Made by a program: the position numbers and the translations under genes. A stretch of 64,000 bases of DNA from a virus (Duplodnaviria > Heunggongvirae > Uroviricota > Caudoviricetes). The stretch spans positions 12,984-76,983 of the IMG/VR virus record IMGVR_UViG_3300013285_000009. The stretch is one strand, 5' to 3'. The notes under the pieces are model-generated. The model saw nothing but the letters and a program-made list of their open reading frames with translations. It was not told the origin of the DNA and searched no databases. Positions 9,311-18,170 of this stretch are shown here, one piece after another (the stretch's first letter is position 1; each line of letters begins with the position of its first letter).

Positions 9311-9322
9311 ACAGGAATCAAA

Positions 9323-9610
9323 ATGACCACAGAAGATAATACTCTACCGGAAGAAGCAACTGATGAAGAAATGGAAGAGTTTGAGCATAGTATTGAACTT
9401 GCAAGCGCCTTCTTAGATCAATTAATTCTTCCCCTTTTGGATAAGTTCGAAGAATCAAATAGTGATCAGGATTATATCGAGGGCGCGGCGACACACGGGT
9501 TGTTTATCTCAATAATTCAGCGTATGTCTGAGATGGGATACACCGAAGAAGACCTAGTTAATGAAATCAAAACATATACTAATGCTTCGGCAGGTCAAGT
9601 TCTGCACTAG
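9323..9610 (+). CDS. hypothetical acidic protein
   Basis: 95 aa; Glu/Asp-rich; follows the promoter at 9273. Confidence 0.4.
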   Translation: MTTEDNTLPEEATDEEMEEFEHSIELASAFLDQLILPLLDKFEESNSDQDYIEGAATHGLFISIIQRMSEMGYTEEDLVNEIKTYTNASAGQVLH

Positions 9611-9633
9611 GAGCTATTATCAAAGTATGGTTC

Positions 9634-10068
9634 ATGTATCAAGGTGATGATTATGACTTATCACGAGAAATAATAATCACCAAGTTGTGTGAAGCCGCAT
9701 CTGATATAATCGAATTACCAGATGAACTAATAATACGTATTGCCTGGTTAGGTGAATCAGTATACGGTAATACTGCTGTTGAGTATAGATTCAAAAATAG
9801 AATTAGTATTAATAGTATCCTCTCACTAGCTGAAATCCCAATTGTGTTAATACACGAGTTAATACATGCCAGTCAAATACACACCGGTTTATTAAGCGTT
9901 TCTAGACGAGGCGCATATATTTGGAATAAGGTTCGATATAATGTACCCGAATCTTTGAATATGGAGCAGTACATGCAGCTTCCCTGGGAGGCAGATGTTG
10001 CAGAAAAACAACAAAAAATCTTGGAAGAAACTTTGGCCCACGCCATGAAAAGGCTTGACATTAAATGA
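9634..10068 (+). CDS. hypothetical protein with HExxH zinc-metallopeptidase motif
   Basis: IVLIHELIHASQIH; 144 aa. Confidence 0.4.
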   Translation: MYQGDDYDLSREIIITKLCEAASDIIELPDELIIRIAWLGESVYGNTAVEYRFKNRISINSILSLAEIPIVLIHELIHASQIHTGLLSVSRRGAYIWNKVRYNVPESLNMEQYMQLPWEADVAEKQQKILEETLAHAMKRLDIK

Positions 10069-10083
10069 TTTCGGGAGTATAAT
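10055..10083 (+). promoter_or_regulatory. family promoter (TTGACA-N17-TATAAT)
   Basis: GCTTGACATTAAATGATTTCGGGAGTATAAT; overlaps the stop of the upstream gene. Confidence 0.6.
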
Positions 10084-10115
10084 AGACTCTTAGACAGTAA
10101 AGAAAAGGATTAAAA

Positions 10116-10268
10116 ATGCAGTTCACGTTGATTACGGCTAAAGGTCAAGTCATGCAATTTTTTATCAAAGCAGTAGCAGATTTGTACTGCAATCTTTACG
10201 GTGGTGTTGTTGTCACGAACGATATCTTGAATGAAGTACGGGAAGTATCCGATCAAGTTAGTGCATAA
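10116..10268 (+). CDS. small protein (50 aa), paralog of minus-strand 57321-57467
   Basis: MQFTLITAKGQVMQFFIKAVADLYCNLYGGVVVTN versus MKYTLITSKGKVYTFFIKAVADTYQQAYGGVVITQ; starts about 30 nt after the promoter. Confidence 0.45.
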   Translation: MQFTLITAKGQVMQFFIKAVADLYCNLYGGVVVTNDILNEVREVSDQVSA

Positions 10269-10275
10269 ATACTGC

Positions 10276-10632
10276 ATGAACCCAAACGAAATACAACCTG
10301 ATGCTCATCGAGTAGCTGCCGCGCGAAAGCGCCGCACTGATAGAAATCATGCAATTTATGTTATCACCAATGTGCTAACAGAGGAGCAGTACGTGGGTTT
10401 AGCTGTGATTAGTTCCACAGTTAAAGCTGCGTTAAAACGTCGAATCCAAAAGCACGTGCAACGTGCAAGTGCTGAGGATAAAGACTGGGGATTGTGCAAC
10501 AATATACGTGAATACGGTGTTGAAGCATTCACTTATGGTTTGTTAGAAATAGTGCGAGGGAAAGGTCCTGCGCATCTTCGTGAGTTAGAATATATTAGGC
10601 AGTATCATCCTGCATTGAACACATTTAGATAA
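10276..10632 (+). CDS. GIY-YIG nuclease-domain protein (short)
   Basis: AIYVITNVLTEEQYVGLA..R..H..REYGVEAFTYGLLE..ELEYIRQY matches the GIY-YIG core; no DNA-binding extension. Confidence 0.55.
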   Translation: MNPNEIQPDAHRVAAARKRRTDRNHAIYVITNVLTEEQYVGLAVISSTVKAALKRRIQKHVQRASAEDKDWGLCNNIREYGVEAFTYGLLEIVRGKGPAHLRELEYIRQYHPALNTFR

Positions 10633-10816
10633 TTGGACACATTATGTGGGTAGCCTCAGGCTTTTGTAAAATGATAATTCGTGTTATACTCGTCATTGCA
10701 ATAGTGATACTGTTGCTATTTTGGTTGGAAGTGCCAGAAGATGATTTAGCCGATTCGATAAGTACAGAAACATTTGCACCGCAAGAGTCGGTTATTAAAC
10801 ACACGAAAGAAAATGA

Positions 10817-11107
10817 ATGAATGATATTTTAATTGGAATCGGCAATTGGATTAAAGAGGATTATAAAACACATCCTCTTCGATTCTGTGTCGAGATCCTA
10901 GCTTGGGCAATTAGTATTAGCTGTAGTATTACTATGGCTCTTACAGTTCCCAATCCTCCCCTTTTGTATATGTATCCAGTGTGGATTACTGGTTGCGCCT
11001 TATATGCCTGGGCAGCTTATACAAGAAAAAGCTTCGGTATGATTGCTAACTATGCACTGCTGGTTACGATTGATTGTATCGGTTTGGTCCGTATGTTAAC
11101 ACACTGA
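10817..11107 (+). CDS. small membrane protein
   Basis: 96 aa; two to three hydrophobic helices. Confidence 0.45.
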   Translation: MNDILIGIGNWIKEDYKTHPLRFCVEILAWAISISCSITMALTVPNPPLLYMYPVWITGCALYAWAAYTRKSFGMIANYALLVTIDCIGLVRMLTH

Positions 11108-11115
11108 GATTTAAA

Positions 11116-11583
11116 ATGAATACTTATACACTTGAAGTCCAAGAAGATACAGAAGGCGAATTGTTTCTAGAGTTTCCGGAAGACTTGCTTGCGCAAGTTG
11201 GATGGGAAACTGGCGACACGCTTGTTTGGACAGACCTCAAAGACGGTAGCTGGTCGCTGACTAAAGCGATTGAAAAACCGGAAACTCAATGGGTTCTCGT
11301 AGAAGCAGTATCGACGTTCCGCGAACGTTATATGGTTGAAGTACCAATCGGTACTGATGCATATGGTAAAGATAAAGCAACGTGGGCACTTGATACAGTC
11401 ACTATGAATGAGGCTGAACAGTTCAGTTCAGAACATTTAGGTGAACAAATTGTATCACACCGTGTAGTAACTAAAGAAGAAGCATTGGAGCTGTGTGACA
11501 ACGACAATGATTACACTAATTCTTGGGACGAAGAAACAAAAATGAAAAACTTTTTTACACCTTGGAAAGAACAAAATGCTTAA
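11116..11583 (+). CDS. hypothetical protein
   Basis: in-frame ATG; ORF track's 11074 start is TTG inside the upstream gene. Confidence 0.45.
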   Translation: MNTYTLEVQEDTEGELFLEFPEDLLAQVGWETGDTLVWTDLKDGSWSLTKAIEKPETQWVLVEAVSTFRERYMVEVPIGTDAYGKDKATWALDTVTMNEAEQFSSEHLGEQIVSHRVVTKEEALELCDNDNDYTNSWDEETKMKNFFTPWKEQNA

Positions 11584-11875
11584 TCCCACAGTAGACTGGT
11601 CTGACAAAGAATGGGCAGTAGCCGAGACATGGATTCGAGGGGTGTTGCATACTCATAAAGTAACCGTAACCTTCACTAAGAAAGACGGTGAGGAACGGGT
11701 GATGAATTGCACACTGAATCCTGAGTTTCTTCCTGTAGTTCCCGTTACAGAAGCAGTATCAGAAAAGCCTGAGCGTAAACAATCTACAACCAGTATTGTA
11801 GTGTATGACTTGGATCTCCAAGCATGGCGCAGCTTTACGACTAAGAATGTGACAAAAGTTTCGCTTGACTTTTAA
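11576..11875 (+). CDS. hypothetical protein
   Basis: 99 aa; ATGCTTAA overlap with upstream gene. Confidence 0.4.
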   Translation: MLNPTVDWSDKEWAVAETWIRGVLHTHKVTVTFTKKDGEERVMNCTLNPEFLPVVPVTEAVSEKPERKQSTTSIVVYDLDLQAWRSFTTKNVTKVSLDF

Positions 11876-11893
11876 TCATTTTGGTGTTATAAT
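11865..11893 (+). promoter_or_regulatory. family promoter (TTGACT-N17-TATAAT)
   Basis: CGCTTGACTTTTAATCATTTTGGTGTTATAAT. Confidence 0.55.
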
Positions 11894-11902
11894 ATACTCA
11901 TT

Positions 11903-12058
11903 ATGAAAAAACAAATTCTCTCATTCATTGTACAAGCACCCAAAACACGGGCACACTATGCACTGTTTGCAGAGAACACACCTTTTAAACCAAAGGTAGT
12001 TGCTCCTAAAAACAAGTATCAGCGCAAGCCTAAACATTGCAAAACTGACGATCAATGA
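11903..12058 (+). CDS. small basic protein (51 aa)
   Basis: ATG 10 nt after the -10 region; Lys-rich. Confidence 0.25.
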   Translation: MKKQILSFIVQAPKTRAHYALFAENTPFKPKVVAPKNKYQRKPKHCKTDDQ

Positions 12059-12076
12059 CAACTTGTTTGGGGTAAT

Positions 12077-12205
12077 ATGAAAGAATTTGTAGATTTCATC
12101 GAACCGTTCATATACGGATTTATAATAGGCTTCTTTTGGTATCCGGTATGGAAAATCTTAAAGAAGATTTGCTCTGAGGCTAAAAAAGCGCGTGAAGAAT
12201 GGTGA
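12077..12205 (+). CDS. small membrane protein (42 aa)
   Basis: single hydrophobic helix FIYGFIIGFFWYPVW. Confidence 0.25.
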   Translation: MKEFVDFIEPFIYGFIIGFFWYPVWKILKKICSEAKKAREEW

Positions 12206-12206
12206 C

Positions 12207-12235
12207 TTGACATTAAATGGATTTGGGTATATAAT
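12207..12235 (+). promoter_or_regulatory. family promoter (TTGACA-N17-TATAAT)
   Basis: CTTGACATTAAATGGATTTGGGTATATAAT. Confidence 0.6.
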
Positions 12236-12264
12236 ATAGACTTAAACAACACCGAAACTTGTAT

Positions 12265-13818
12265 ATGAAAAAGCTAACAGCAGTATCGTCACTTTTTCTA
12301 ATTATATTAGCCGCATGCGGTGGGGGCGACTTAGCGATATCAGGTACAACCGATCCACTCGCAAGTCACCCCGCTAATTTTTCAGGAAATATATACTCAC
12401 GTACTCATAGCACATTTTCCAACTCGATTGATGTATATTCAACCCCGTTGGCCGATGCTACTATTAGTTTGGGTACTCAAACTATAAATGCAGATGGCAT
12501 GGGTAATTTTGTCGGAACTGTTCCTACAGTGGTGCTAGCATCTGATACAGTCAACATCACCAAATCCGGATATATTCCGATCAACATTGCAAGATCATTG
12601 ATTGACTCGGCTTCTACTAATATAGGACTATACAGTACATCGAGTGTTAATAGTAGACCGGGATTTATCGGCGGAGTATTTACAATGGACGCCGGTGGCT
12701 ACTTGAATATGATATACAAGCGCAACCTTTTCAACTCTACTTACGATAGAATCAAAACTCAAACAGGAGCTAACTTAGTTGCATCATCTGACCCGGTATG
12801 GGTTGAATCATACGATGTGCAGGCCGGGACGGTAAGTATGAGTAGCACCTCGCAAATACCCATGATGACTAGACAGCAGTACACTACCTTAGTAGGATTG
12901 GCTCATAGTCAGAATATGCAATATATGATGCAGTTGGGGGTTTATCCTGCAGGAAGTCTTCAGATGCCATGGACTGTTCCCGCAAACAATACAGTATTTT
13001 GGACTGCTTGGTTTGCTGCATACAAAGAGATTGTTATTCAATATGCACAGATTGCAACAGACTTAAACATTGAATATATTTCACTTGGAATGAATCATGG
13101 GTTTATGAGTGCATTGCCAGTATCATACTGGAGTGACTTAGTTATCTCAGTCAGAAATACCGGGTATACCGGAAAAATTGTTTATCAAGCAATGATGAAG
13201 CCCGGAGTGTGGTCAGAGACTGACGGTTTCAATACGGCGGCAACTGGTAATCTCACTACTAGGCAGAAAAATTTACAATTTGTTAAACTTTTCGACTATA
13301 TAGTGCTAGACATATATAACATTGTAGGAAACGCTGATTCAAATACTAGTGCACCACGCAGTGATATGCGTAAATCATTTGCGACTATGTTACATAGTTT
13401 CACTGACTATCCGGTTCCACTCATGGTACAAATAGGAACACCGTCTATTCGCGGTGGCTCGGTAATTACTGATTACGTTGAACCGTGTATCGTATGTGTT
13501 TCAATCGCGCCGACTAAGACGATGGATTTGATGGAGCAAGCAGACGTATATCAAACTATAGGTGAAGTAATTAATGCAACACCAACCGGTAATGGTAATG
13601 TTATGGGGTTGATAAGCTGGGGCTATTGGTTTACTGATAATTTCAGAACAAATGTAACCCGCAAATCAACGGGTATAAATTCAGATGGTACACTTGTTGA
13701 TTCTACTGTCGCTATCGGGAATCAAAACTTAATATCAGCATACGACAAGTCAGCAAGTATTCGAGGGAAACCCGCTGAATCAGTATTTGGGTGGTGGATT
13801 AATAAATTCGCTCAGTAA
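12265..13818 (+). CDS. lipoprotein, function unknown
   Basis: signal peptide with lipobox ILAAC; 517 aa; Ser/Thr/Asn-rich. Confidence 0.5.
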   Translation: MKKLTAVSSLFLIILAACGGGDLAISGTTDPLASHPANFSGNIYSRTHSTFSNSIDVYSTPLADATISLGTQTINADGMGNFVGTVPTVVLASDTVNITKSGYIPINIARSLIDSASTNIGLYSTSSVNSRPGFIGGVFTMDAGGYLNMIYKRNLFNSTYDRIKTQTGANLVASSDPVWVESYDVQAGTVSMSSTSQIPMMTRQQYTTLVGLAHSQNMQYMMQLGVYPAGSLQMPWTVPANNTVFWTAWFAAYKEIVIQYAQIATDLNIEYISLGMNHGFMSALPVSYWSDLVISVRNTGYTGKIVYQAMMKPGVWSETDGFNTAATGNLTTRQKNLQFVKLFDYIVLDIYNIVGNADSNTSAPRSDMRKSFATMLHSFTDYPVPLMVQIGTPSIRGGSVITDYVEPCIVCVSIAPTKTMDLMEQADVYQTIGEVINATPTGNGNVMGLISWGYWFTDNFRTNVTRKSTGINSDGTLVDSTVAIGNQNLISAYDKSASIRGKPAESVFGWWINKFAQ

Positions 13819-13839
13819 TTCAATTTATAGCAAGGATTT

Positions 13840-13858
13840 GCCCCATATGGGGCTTTCC
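13840..13858 (+). terminator. hairpin GCCCCATATGGGGC followed by TTTCC; weak terminator and part of the repeated hairpin-TTCCTACGGTTGA unit
   Basis: seen directly; a decayed promoter remnant follows (TTGAG-TATATAAT with collapsed spacer). Confidence 0.4.
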
Positions 13859-13888
13859 TACGGTTGAGTATATAATGATAAATACATT

Positions 13889-14299
13889 ATGTCACTGATA
13901 GAAACTCCGGAACAAAAGATAATACGAGAAAACTCCACAGTCAGGTTCATGACTAATGTGGTGTTCGATGGACTTACTGATGTAACTGTCACTGATTCTA
14001 TCTTATCTAAACAGATTGATTTAGTGTTCGATGTGCCTACATATGAAAAATCATTTGAAATCGAAGATATATCAATCAATCCTAACTCAAGTGTCGTGGT
14101 TACTTACATAGGTAATCCCACAGCAGGTAATGATATAGATGAAGTAGAATTTGATAAATTCAATATAGTTGCAACACCGTATACAGTTACTTATCCGTAT
14201 GCAGTTGCAGTTCCTCACAACGGTGGTATGACTTTATATGTTGCTGCCGTTCCTGGCCCTGTATACGGGTCTTATAAATTTTCTTACACAATAACATAA
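13889..14299 (+). CDS. hypothetical protein adjacent to tail fibre
   Basis: 136 aa ORF immediately upstream of the collagen-like fibre gene. Confidence 0.4.
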   Translation: MSLIETPEQKIIRENSTVRFMTNVVFDGLTDVTVTDSILSKQIDLVFDVPTYEKSFEIEDISINPNSSVVVTYIGNPTAGNDIDEVEFDKFNIVATPYTVTYPYAVAVPHNGGMTLYVAAVPGPVYGSYKFSYTIT

Positions 14300-14300
14300 T

Positions 14301-16253
14301 ATGGCAATCATCCGCGATCCAATCGACCCGACTAATATTCTTAACGTCAACGCAGACGGCTCCGTCAACGTGGAGATTAGTAATTGGCCACCATCTGTAC
14401 CCGGTCCCCAGGGCTCTACCGGTGAGCAAGGTTTGACCGGTGAGCAAGGTTTGACCGGTCCCCGGGGTCTTACTGGCCCTATAGGTTTGCAAGGCGCGAC
14501 AGGCCAAACTGGCATTCAAGGTCTAGTGGGTCCGGCCGGCACAGGTGCTACTGGTCTAACAGGAGCTGCTTCTACTGTAGTTGGGCCCACTGGCCCAACT
14601 GGCCCCATCGGTTTAACGGGGGCGACTGGCCTAACTGGTGCTGCATCTACTATTGCTGGACCAACAGGTGCAACAGGTGCTGCAGGATCGTTCGGCGGCG
14701 CAGCATTTGACTATATGTATAGTAGTTCAGTTACCGGAATAGCTGACCCGGGCAGCTATAGCTTTAACAATATGAATTTAACGTTAGCGACTATGATGTA
14801 TATCAACAACATAGACGAGAACGGAGTGTTAACAACTAACTTCTTAGAGACAATTGATAGCTCAACTTCGGCGATTAAGGGCCACTTTAGTGTATCAGAT
14901 GAAGCCAACACAGTTGCATTTACGCTATTTGCCATCATCGGCTCACACACATTGAGTAACAATGTTTATGCAATCCCGATTGCATGGTTGGCGGGAGTAA
15001 CATCAATTCCTGATGCAAATCATAGTATTATAACCTTTGCTAGAACGGGAGATAAAGGAGATACCGGAGTCACTGGTGCTAAAGGGACAACCGGTAATAC
15101 AGGTGCGACTGGCGCACAAGGCAACACCGGATTAACCGGATTAACCGGTGCTGCATCTACTATCTCCGGGCCCCCGGGAGCAACGGGATCTATTGGCGCG
15201 GCCGGCCCGATCGGTAACATTGGGCCGGCCGGCCCAATGGGGCCTAGCAGCGGAGGTACTTCAGTTACCACCTTCTATGACAGCACACAGTCAAACAATA
15301 TTAAATATTCTCATAGCAGCAACAATCAACTGATCTCCGGGGCAGCTATCACTACTGACTTGGCCGGCACATACCGTACTGAATTCAATGCAGAATATTA
15401 TTGCACTCCTTCTATAGTATCTGCACAGTGTGCTACTGATTTGTCTTTGTTGGTTTCGACGCTCAACTCACTACCATCAACCGGTGTCCACGCAGCAGCA
15501 TTCGGCGCGGGCGAAACACTGGCTCCCGGTGTATACACGGTAGCAGGTGCAAGCACACAGGGCGGCAACTTAGCGTTTGACGGCCAAAACAATCCAAACT
15601 CAGTTTGGGTCATTCGAGTTAATGCAGCATTTGCTACGGCAGCAGGCGCAACGATGTCGTTGATTAACGGAGCACGAGCTGCAAACATCTTCTGGATAAT
15701 TAACGGCGCACCGACGTTCGGTGCTCAAGGTGTATTTAAAGGTACATTGATTGCCATTGCAGCAGCAATAACAACCGGTGACACTATTGACTTAGAAGGA
15801 AGATTTTTTAGCACAACTGGTGCAATTGCTACTACTAATGCTACATTAAATGTACCATTTGGTCCATCTGTAATTAATTTAGGTTCATTACAAAACTTTG
15901 TACTGTTTACTGCACTCGGTGCAGTGGGCAACACTGGTTCTATTGCTTGCCTAGGCGATATTAGTACAGGCGGTGGCGCAATTGCCGGCTACACCGGTTC
16001 TGTCGGAAGTATCTATGTACCAACTGATACCGGTACTCGTGCAACGTTTGGCATATATGTCAACGGAAGTCTAATTGCAAACTCAACACGCCTAGGACAG
16101 AGTATCCCTAACACACCGGGATTTGGCAAAGCAGCCGTACTATCCGGAATTGTACCGACTACTGCGGGACAGACAATTGAAGTTCGAATCAAGGTTGATG
16201 TTGGTGTATTTAACATCACGTCAATGAATCTTTACACCGTCAAGATTGCATAA
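14301..16253 (+). CDS. tail fibre or receptor-binding protein with collagen-like G-x-T triplet repeats
   Basis: [37 protein letters not shown].. and a second Gly-X-Y block [28 protein letters not shown]; Ala/Gly/Thr-rich C-terminal domain. Confidence 0.65.
   Translation: MAIIRDPIDPTNILNVNADGSVNVEISNWPPSVPGPQGSTGEQGLTGEQGLTGPRGLTGPIGLQGATGQTGIQGLVGPAGTGATGLTGAASTVVGPTGPTGPIGLTGATGLTGAASTIAGPTGATGAAGSFGGAAFDYMYSSSVTGIADPGSYSFNNMNLTLATMMYINNIDENGVLTTNFLETIDSSTSAIKGHFSVSDEANTVAFTLFAIIGSHTLSNNVYAIPIAWLAGVTSIPDANHSIITFARTGDKGDTGVTGAKGTTGNTGATGAQGNTGLTGLTGAASTISGPPGATGSIGAAGPIGNIGPAGPMGPSSGGTSVTTFYDSTQSNNIKYSHSSNNQLISGAAITTDLAGTYRTEFNAEYYCTPSIVSAQCATDLSLLVSTLNSLPSTGVHAAAFGAGETLAPGVYTVAGASTQGGNLAFDGQNNPNSVWVIRVNAAFATAAGATMSLINGARAANIFWIINGAPTFGAQGVFKGTLIAIAAAITTGDTIDLEGRFFSTTGAIATTNATLNVPFGPSVINLGSLQNFVLFTALGAVGNTGSIACLGDISTGGGAIAGYTGSVGSIYVPTDTGTRATFGIYVNGSLIANSTRLGQSIPNTPGFGKAAVLSGIVPTTAGQTIEVRIKVDVGVFNITSMNLYTVKIA
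14421..14456 (+). repeat. 18-bp perfect tandem duplication GGTGAGCAAGGTTTGACC x2 within the collagen-like region
   Basis: seen directly; encodes GEQGLT x2. Confidence 0.8.
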
Positions 16254-16261
16254 AAAGTAAC

Positions 16262-16287
16262 GGAATGCCCCTTAACCGGGGCATTCC
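16262..16287 (+). terminator. hairpin GGAATGCCCC-TTAACC-GGGGCATTCC, 3' of the tail fibre gene, followed by TTCCTACGGTTGACATTAAAT
   Basis: 10-bp perfect stem; same hairpin-promoter unit as at 13840 and 57874. Confidence 0.5.
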
Positions 16288-16292
16288 TACGG

Positions 16293-16321
16293 TTGACATT
16301 AAATCATTTTGGGTGTATAAT
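16293..16321 (+). promoter_or_regulatory. family promoter (TTGACA-N17-TATAAT)
   Basis: GGTTGACATTAAATCATTTTGGGTGTATAAT followed by conserved leader AGACTCATAGACAGCAACAAACAGG. Confidence 0.65.
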
Positions 16322-16355
16322 AGACTCATAGACAGCAACAAACAGGCGATGAAAA

Positions 16356-16586
16356 ATGGAAAAAGTTCAGATCACGGTGTTCGGTAAGCAAGCGATGGTT
16401 GATCAAGATATGGTCAAAAAGATGCTTAAAAAGAGCGAATTGGTAGCCGGAGCTATGCGTTTACAAGCAGTCATGAACGCGGTTCCCCGCGAAGCTGAAC
16501 CCATTTTGCAAAAACAACTCCAGGAAATAGCAAGCAAGATCATCCGCTTGAATCGTACAATCCGCAAAAACGTTCAGTTCATCTAA
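16356..16586 (+). CDS. hypothetical small protein
   Basis: 76 aa following promoter plus leader. Confidence 0.4.
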   Translation: MEKVQITVFGKQAMVDQDMVKKMLKKSELVAGAMRLQAVMNAVPREAEPILQKQLQEIASKIIRLNRTIRKNVQFI

Positions 16587-16595
16587 AGAAAACGG

Positions 16596-16624
16596 TTGAC
16601 ATTAAATGAGTTTGGTGTTATAAT
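16596..16624 (+). promoter_or_regulatory. family promoter
   Basis: GGTTGACATTAAATGAGTTTGGTGTTATAAT. Confidence 0.6.
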
Positions 16625-16654
16625 AGTATCTTAAACAGTCAAAAGGAATACATC

Positions 16655-16828
16655 ATGGCAGGCAAAGCAAAATCGGTCTATCTCACAGTCATCCCAAAGG
16701 GAACACTGTCGAGCGTGTTTCGCAAGGTGTTCTTCGATGCCAAGGCATTCAGCGACTACGTGAAATCCGAAGAATTCATGACAAAGTACCCATCTGAGCA
16801 ATTTCAAATCCTCAAAGAAGTTTACTAA
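16655..16828 (+). CDS. small hypothetical protein (57 aa)
   Basis: ATG about 25 nt after the -10; RBS AAAGGAA. Confidence 0.35.
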   Translation: MAGKAKSVYLTVIPKGTLSSVFRKVFFDAKAFSDYVKSEEFMTKYPSEQFQILKEVY

Positions 16829-16832
16829 ACAG

Positions 16833-16861
16833 TTGACATTAAATAGTTTTGGGTGTATAAT
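16833..16861 (+). promoter_or_regulatory. family promoter
   Basis: AGTTGACATTAAATAGTTTTGGGTGTATAAT. Confidence 0.6.
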
Positions 16862-16894
16862 ACATACATAAACAGTTAATTAAAGGACTCGAAA

Positions 16895-17188
16895 ATGGCT
16901 TACATTCTTTTCAACGTTGACACTACTAAAATCGTTCGTATCATGCGCAACGGCTATTGGCAAGATGCTAGATTTTCAACTGAAAGTGCAGCAAAAGCAG
17001 GTGCAACACGTCTTGCTAAAGCTGGTAAGCTAGTTCTCGAAGACCACTCAATTATGGAATCAAGCGAGTTCAATCAGATTGAGAAGACCGAAACCGTGAT
17101 AAATCTTATGTCGGGCAAGTCGGTTGTGCAGTCAGTTAACACACCACGCTCATGTGATGTATCATCCGAACTGTACTGGAGCATGTAA
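16895..17188 (+). CDS. hypothetical protein
   Basis: 97 aa. Confidence 0.4.
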   Translation: MAYILFNVDTTKIVRIMRNGYWQDARFSTESAAKAGATRLAKAGKLVLEDHSIMESSEFNQIEKTETVINLMSGKSVVQSVNTPRSCDVSSELYWSM

Positions 17189-17325
17189 TGTCAGAGTTTC
17201 ATAAAATGGTACTACAGGCTCTAAGTAAACAAGAAGATTGGATTTCTACTCTCACTCCTTCCCAACAAGCGGAAACTCGGGTGCGGATGGCCCTAATTGA
17301 ACTGGCTATTATAGATCAGCAATAA
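17188..17325 (+). CDS. small hypothetical protein (45 aa)
   Basis: TAATG overlap with upstream stop. Confidence 0.25.
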   Translation: MSEFHKMVLQALSKQEDWISTLTPSQQAETRVRMALIELAIIDQQ

Positions 17326-17331
17326 TTTTGG

Positions 17332-17360
17332 TTGACGTTAAATGGTTTCGGGTGTATAAT
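17332..17360 (+). promoter_or_regulatory. family promoter (TTGACG variant)
   Basis: GGTTGACGTTAAATGGTTTCGGGTGTATAAT plus leader AGAATCTTAAACAGCAACAAGTAGGA. Confidence 0.6.
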
Positions 17361-17392
17361 AGAATCTTAAACAGCAACAAGTAGGACTTTAA

Positions 17393-17629
17393 ATGCAAGC
17401 AACACAAGTATCTGAAACAGTAGAAATCATCAGTTTCTCTACCGGCTCATTGGCAGTTTATGTGAGTAGCGAAGGTCACATGCTTCCGGCAGGCACTGAC
17501 GTTGATATCTATACGTATGCACAGGGTCGTGATTTGTTTGTGAAAGTTTGTGCATTAAGCATTGATGCAAAACCGGTATATTTGCCCTTCTACGATACAA
17601 ACGTAGAATGGTTGTTGGGTCAGGAGTAA
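17393..17629 (+). CDS. hypothetical protein
   Basis: 78 aa. Confidence 0.4.
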   Translation: MQATQVSETVEIISFSTGSLAVYVSSEGHMLPAGTDVDIYTYAQGRDLFVKVCALSIDAKPVYLPFYDTNVEWLLGQE

Positions 17630-17633
17630 TATC

Positions 17634-17762
17634 ATGAGAAACTTTTTAATTGGCACCGTATTCGGTATTGTAATTGCTACCGTGGGATTTAGTGGCATCG
17701 CAAAAATGCTTGACAACGGACTAGCTAAAACAAAAGAAATCGCAATTGAAGGAGCTAAGTAA
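17634..17762 (+). CDS. small membrane protein (42 aa)
   Basis: hydrophobic helix FLIGTVFGIVIATVGF. Confidence 0.3.
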   Translation: MRNFLIGTVFGIVIATVGFSGIAKMLDNGLAKTKEIAIEGAK

Positions 17763-18169
17763 TGGGACTTGACATGTACGCATACGTGGCTTTTAAAGCC
17801 GGACAACGTGATGAATATTATGATGGTGCAGAATGGGATGTAGAAGATAAGCAATTTGTTAATCCTAGGGTAAAGGCTCCCCGTGAAATTGCTTACTGGC
17901 GCAAGCATCCTGACTTGCATGGTTATATGCACAAGCTATGGGAGAGTAAGGGCAACGAAGGTAGCTTTAATGGGGATGAACTAGAACTCACATACGAAGA
18001 CCTGGAAGACTTGGAACGTGCTATCACGCATACACAACTTCCGCGTACCGAGGGATTCTTCTTTGGTGTAAGTAGTATAGACCGGCGTGATGGTGATCTG
18101 GCTTTTGTAGCTAGCGCAAAGGCAGAAATCTTTCTAGGCTTTAAAGTATTTTATAATTCAAGTTGGTAA
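17762..18169 (+). CDS. hypothetical protein
   Basis: 135 aa; TAATG overlap. Confidence 0.4.
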   Translation: MGLDMYAYVAFKAGQRDEYYDGAEWDVEDKQFVNPRVKAPREIAYWRKHPDLHGYMHKLWESKGNEGSFNGDELELTYEDLEDLERAITHTQLPRTEGFFFGVSSIDRRDGDLAFVASAKAEIFLGFKVFYNSSW

Positions 18170-18170
18170 T

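Noticed and set aside
9080-9322. Search for a tRNA or protein gene in the 240-bp gap
   Set aside because: No ORF longer than 27 codons; no T-loop GTTCGAATC-type motif or cloverleaf obvious by eye. Kept only as a candidate sRNA or regulatory region.
14187-15271. Minus-strand ORFs 14187-14519, 14234-14515 and 15020-15271 rich in Pro/Gly/Val
   Set aside because: They are the reverse-complement reading of the GGN-rich collagen-like repeats of the plus-strand fibre gene; artefactual.
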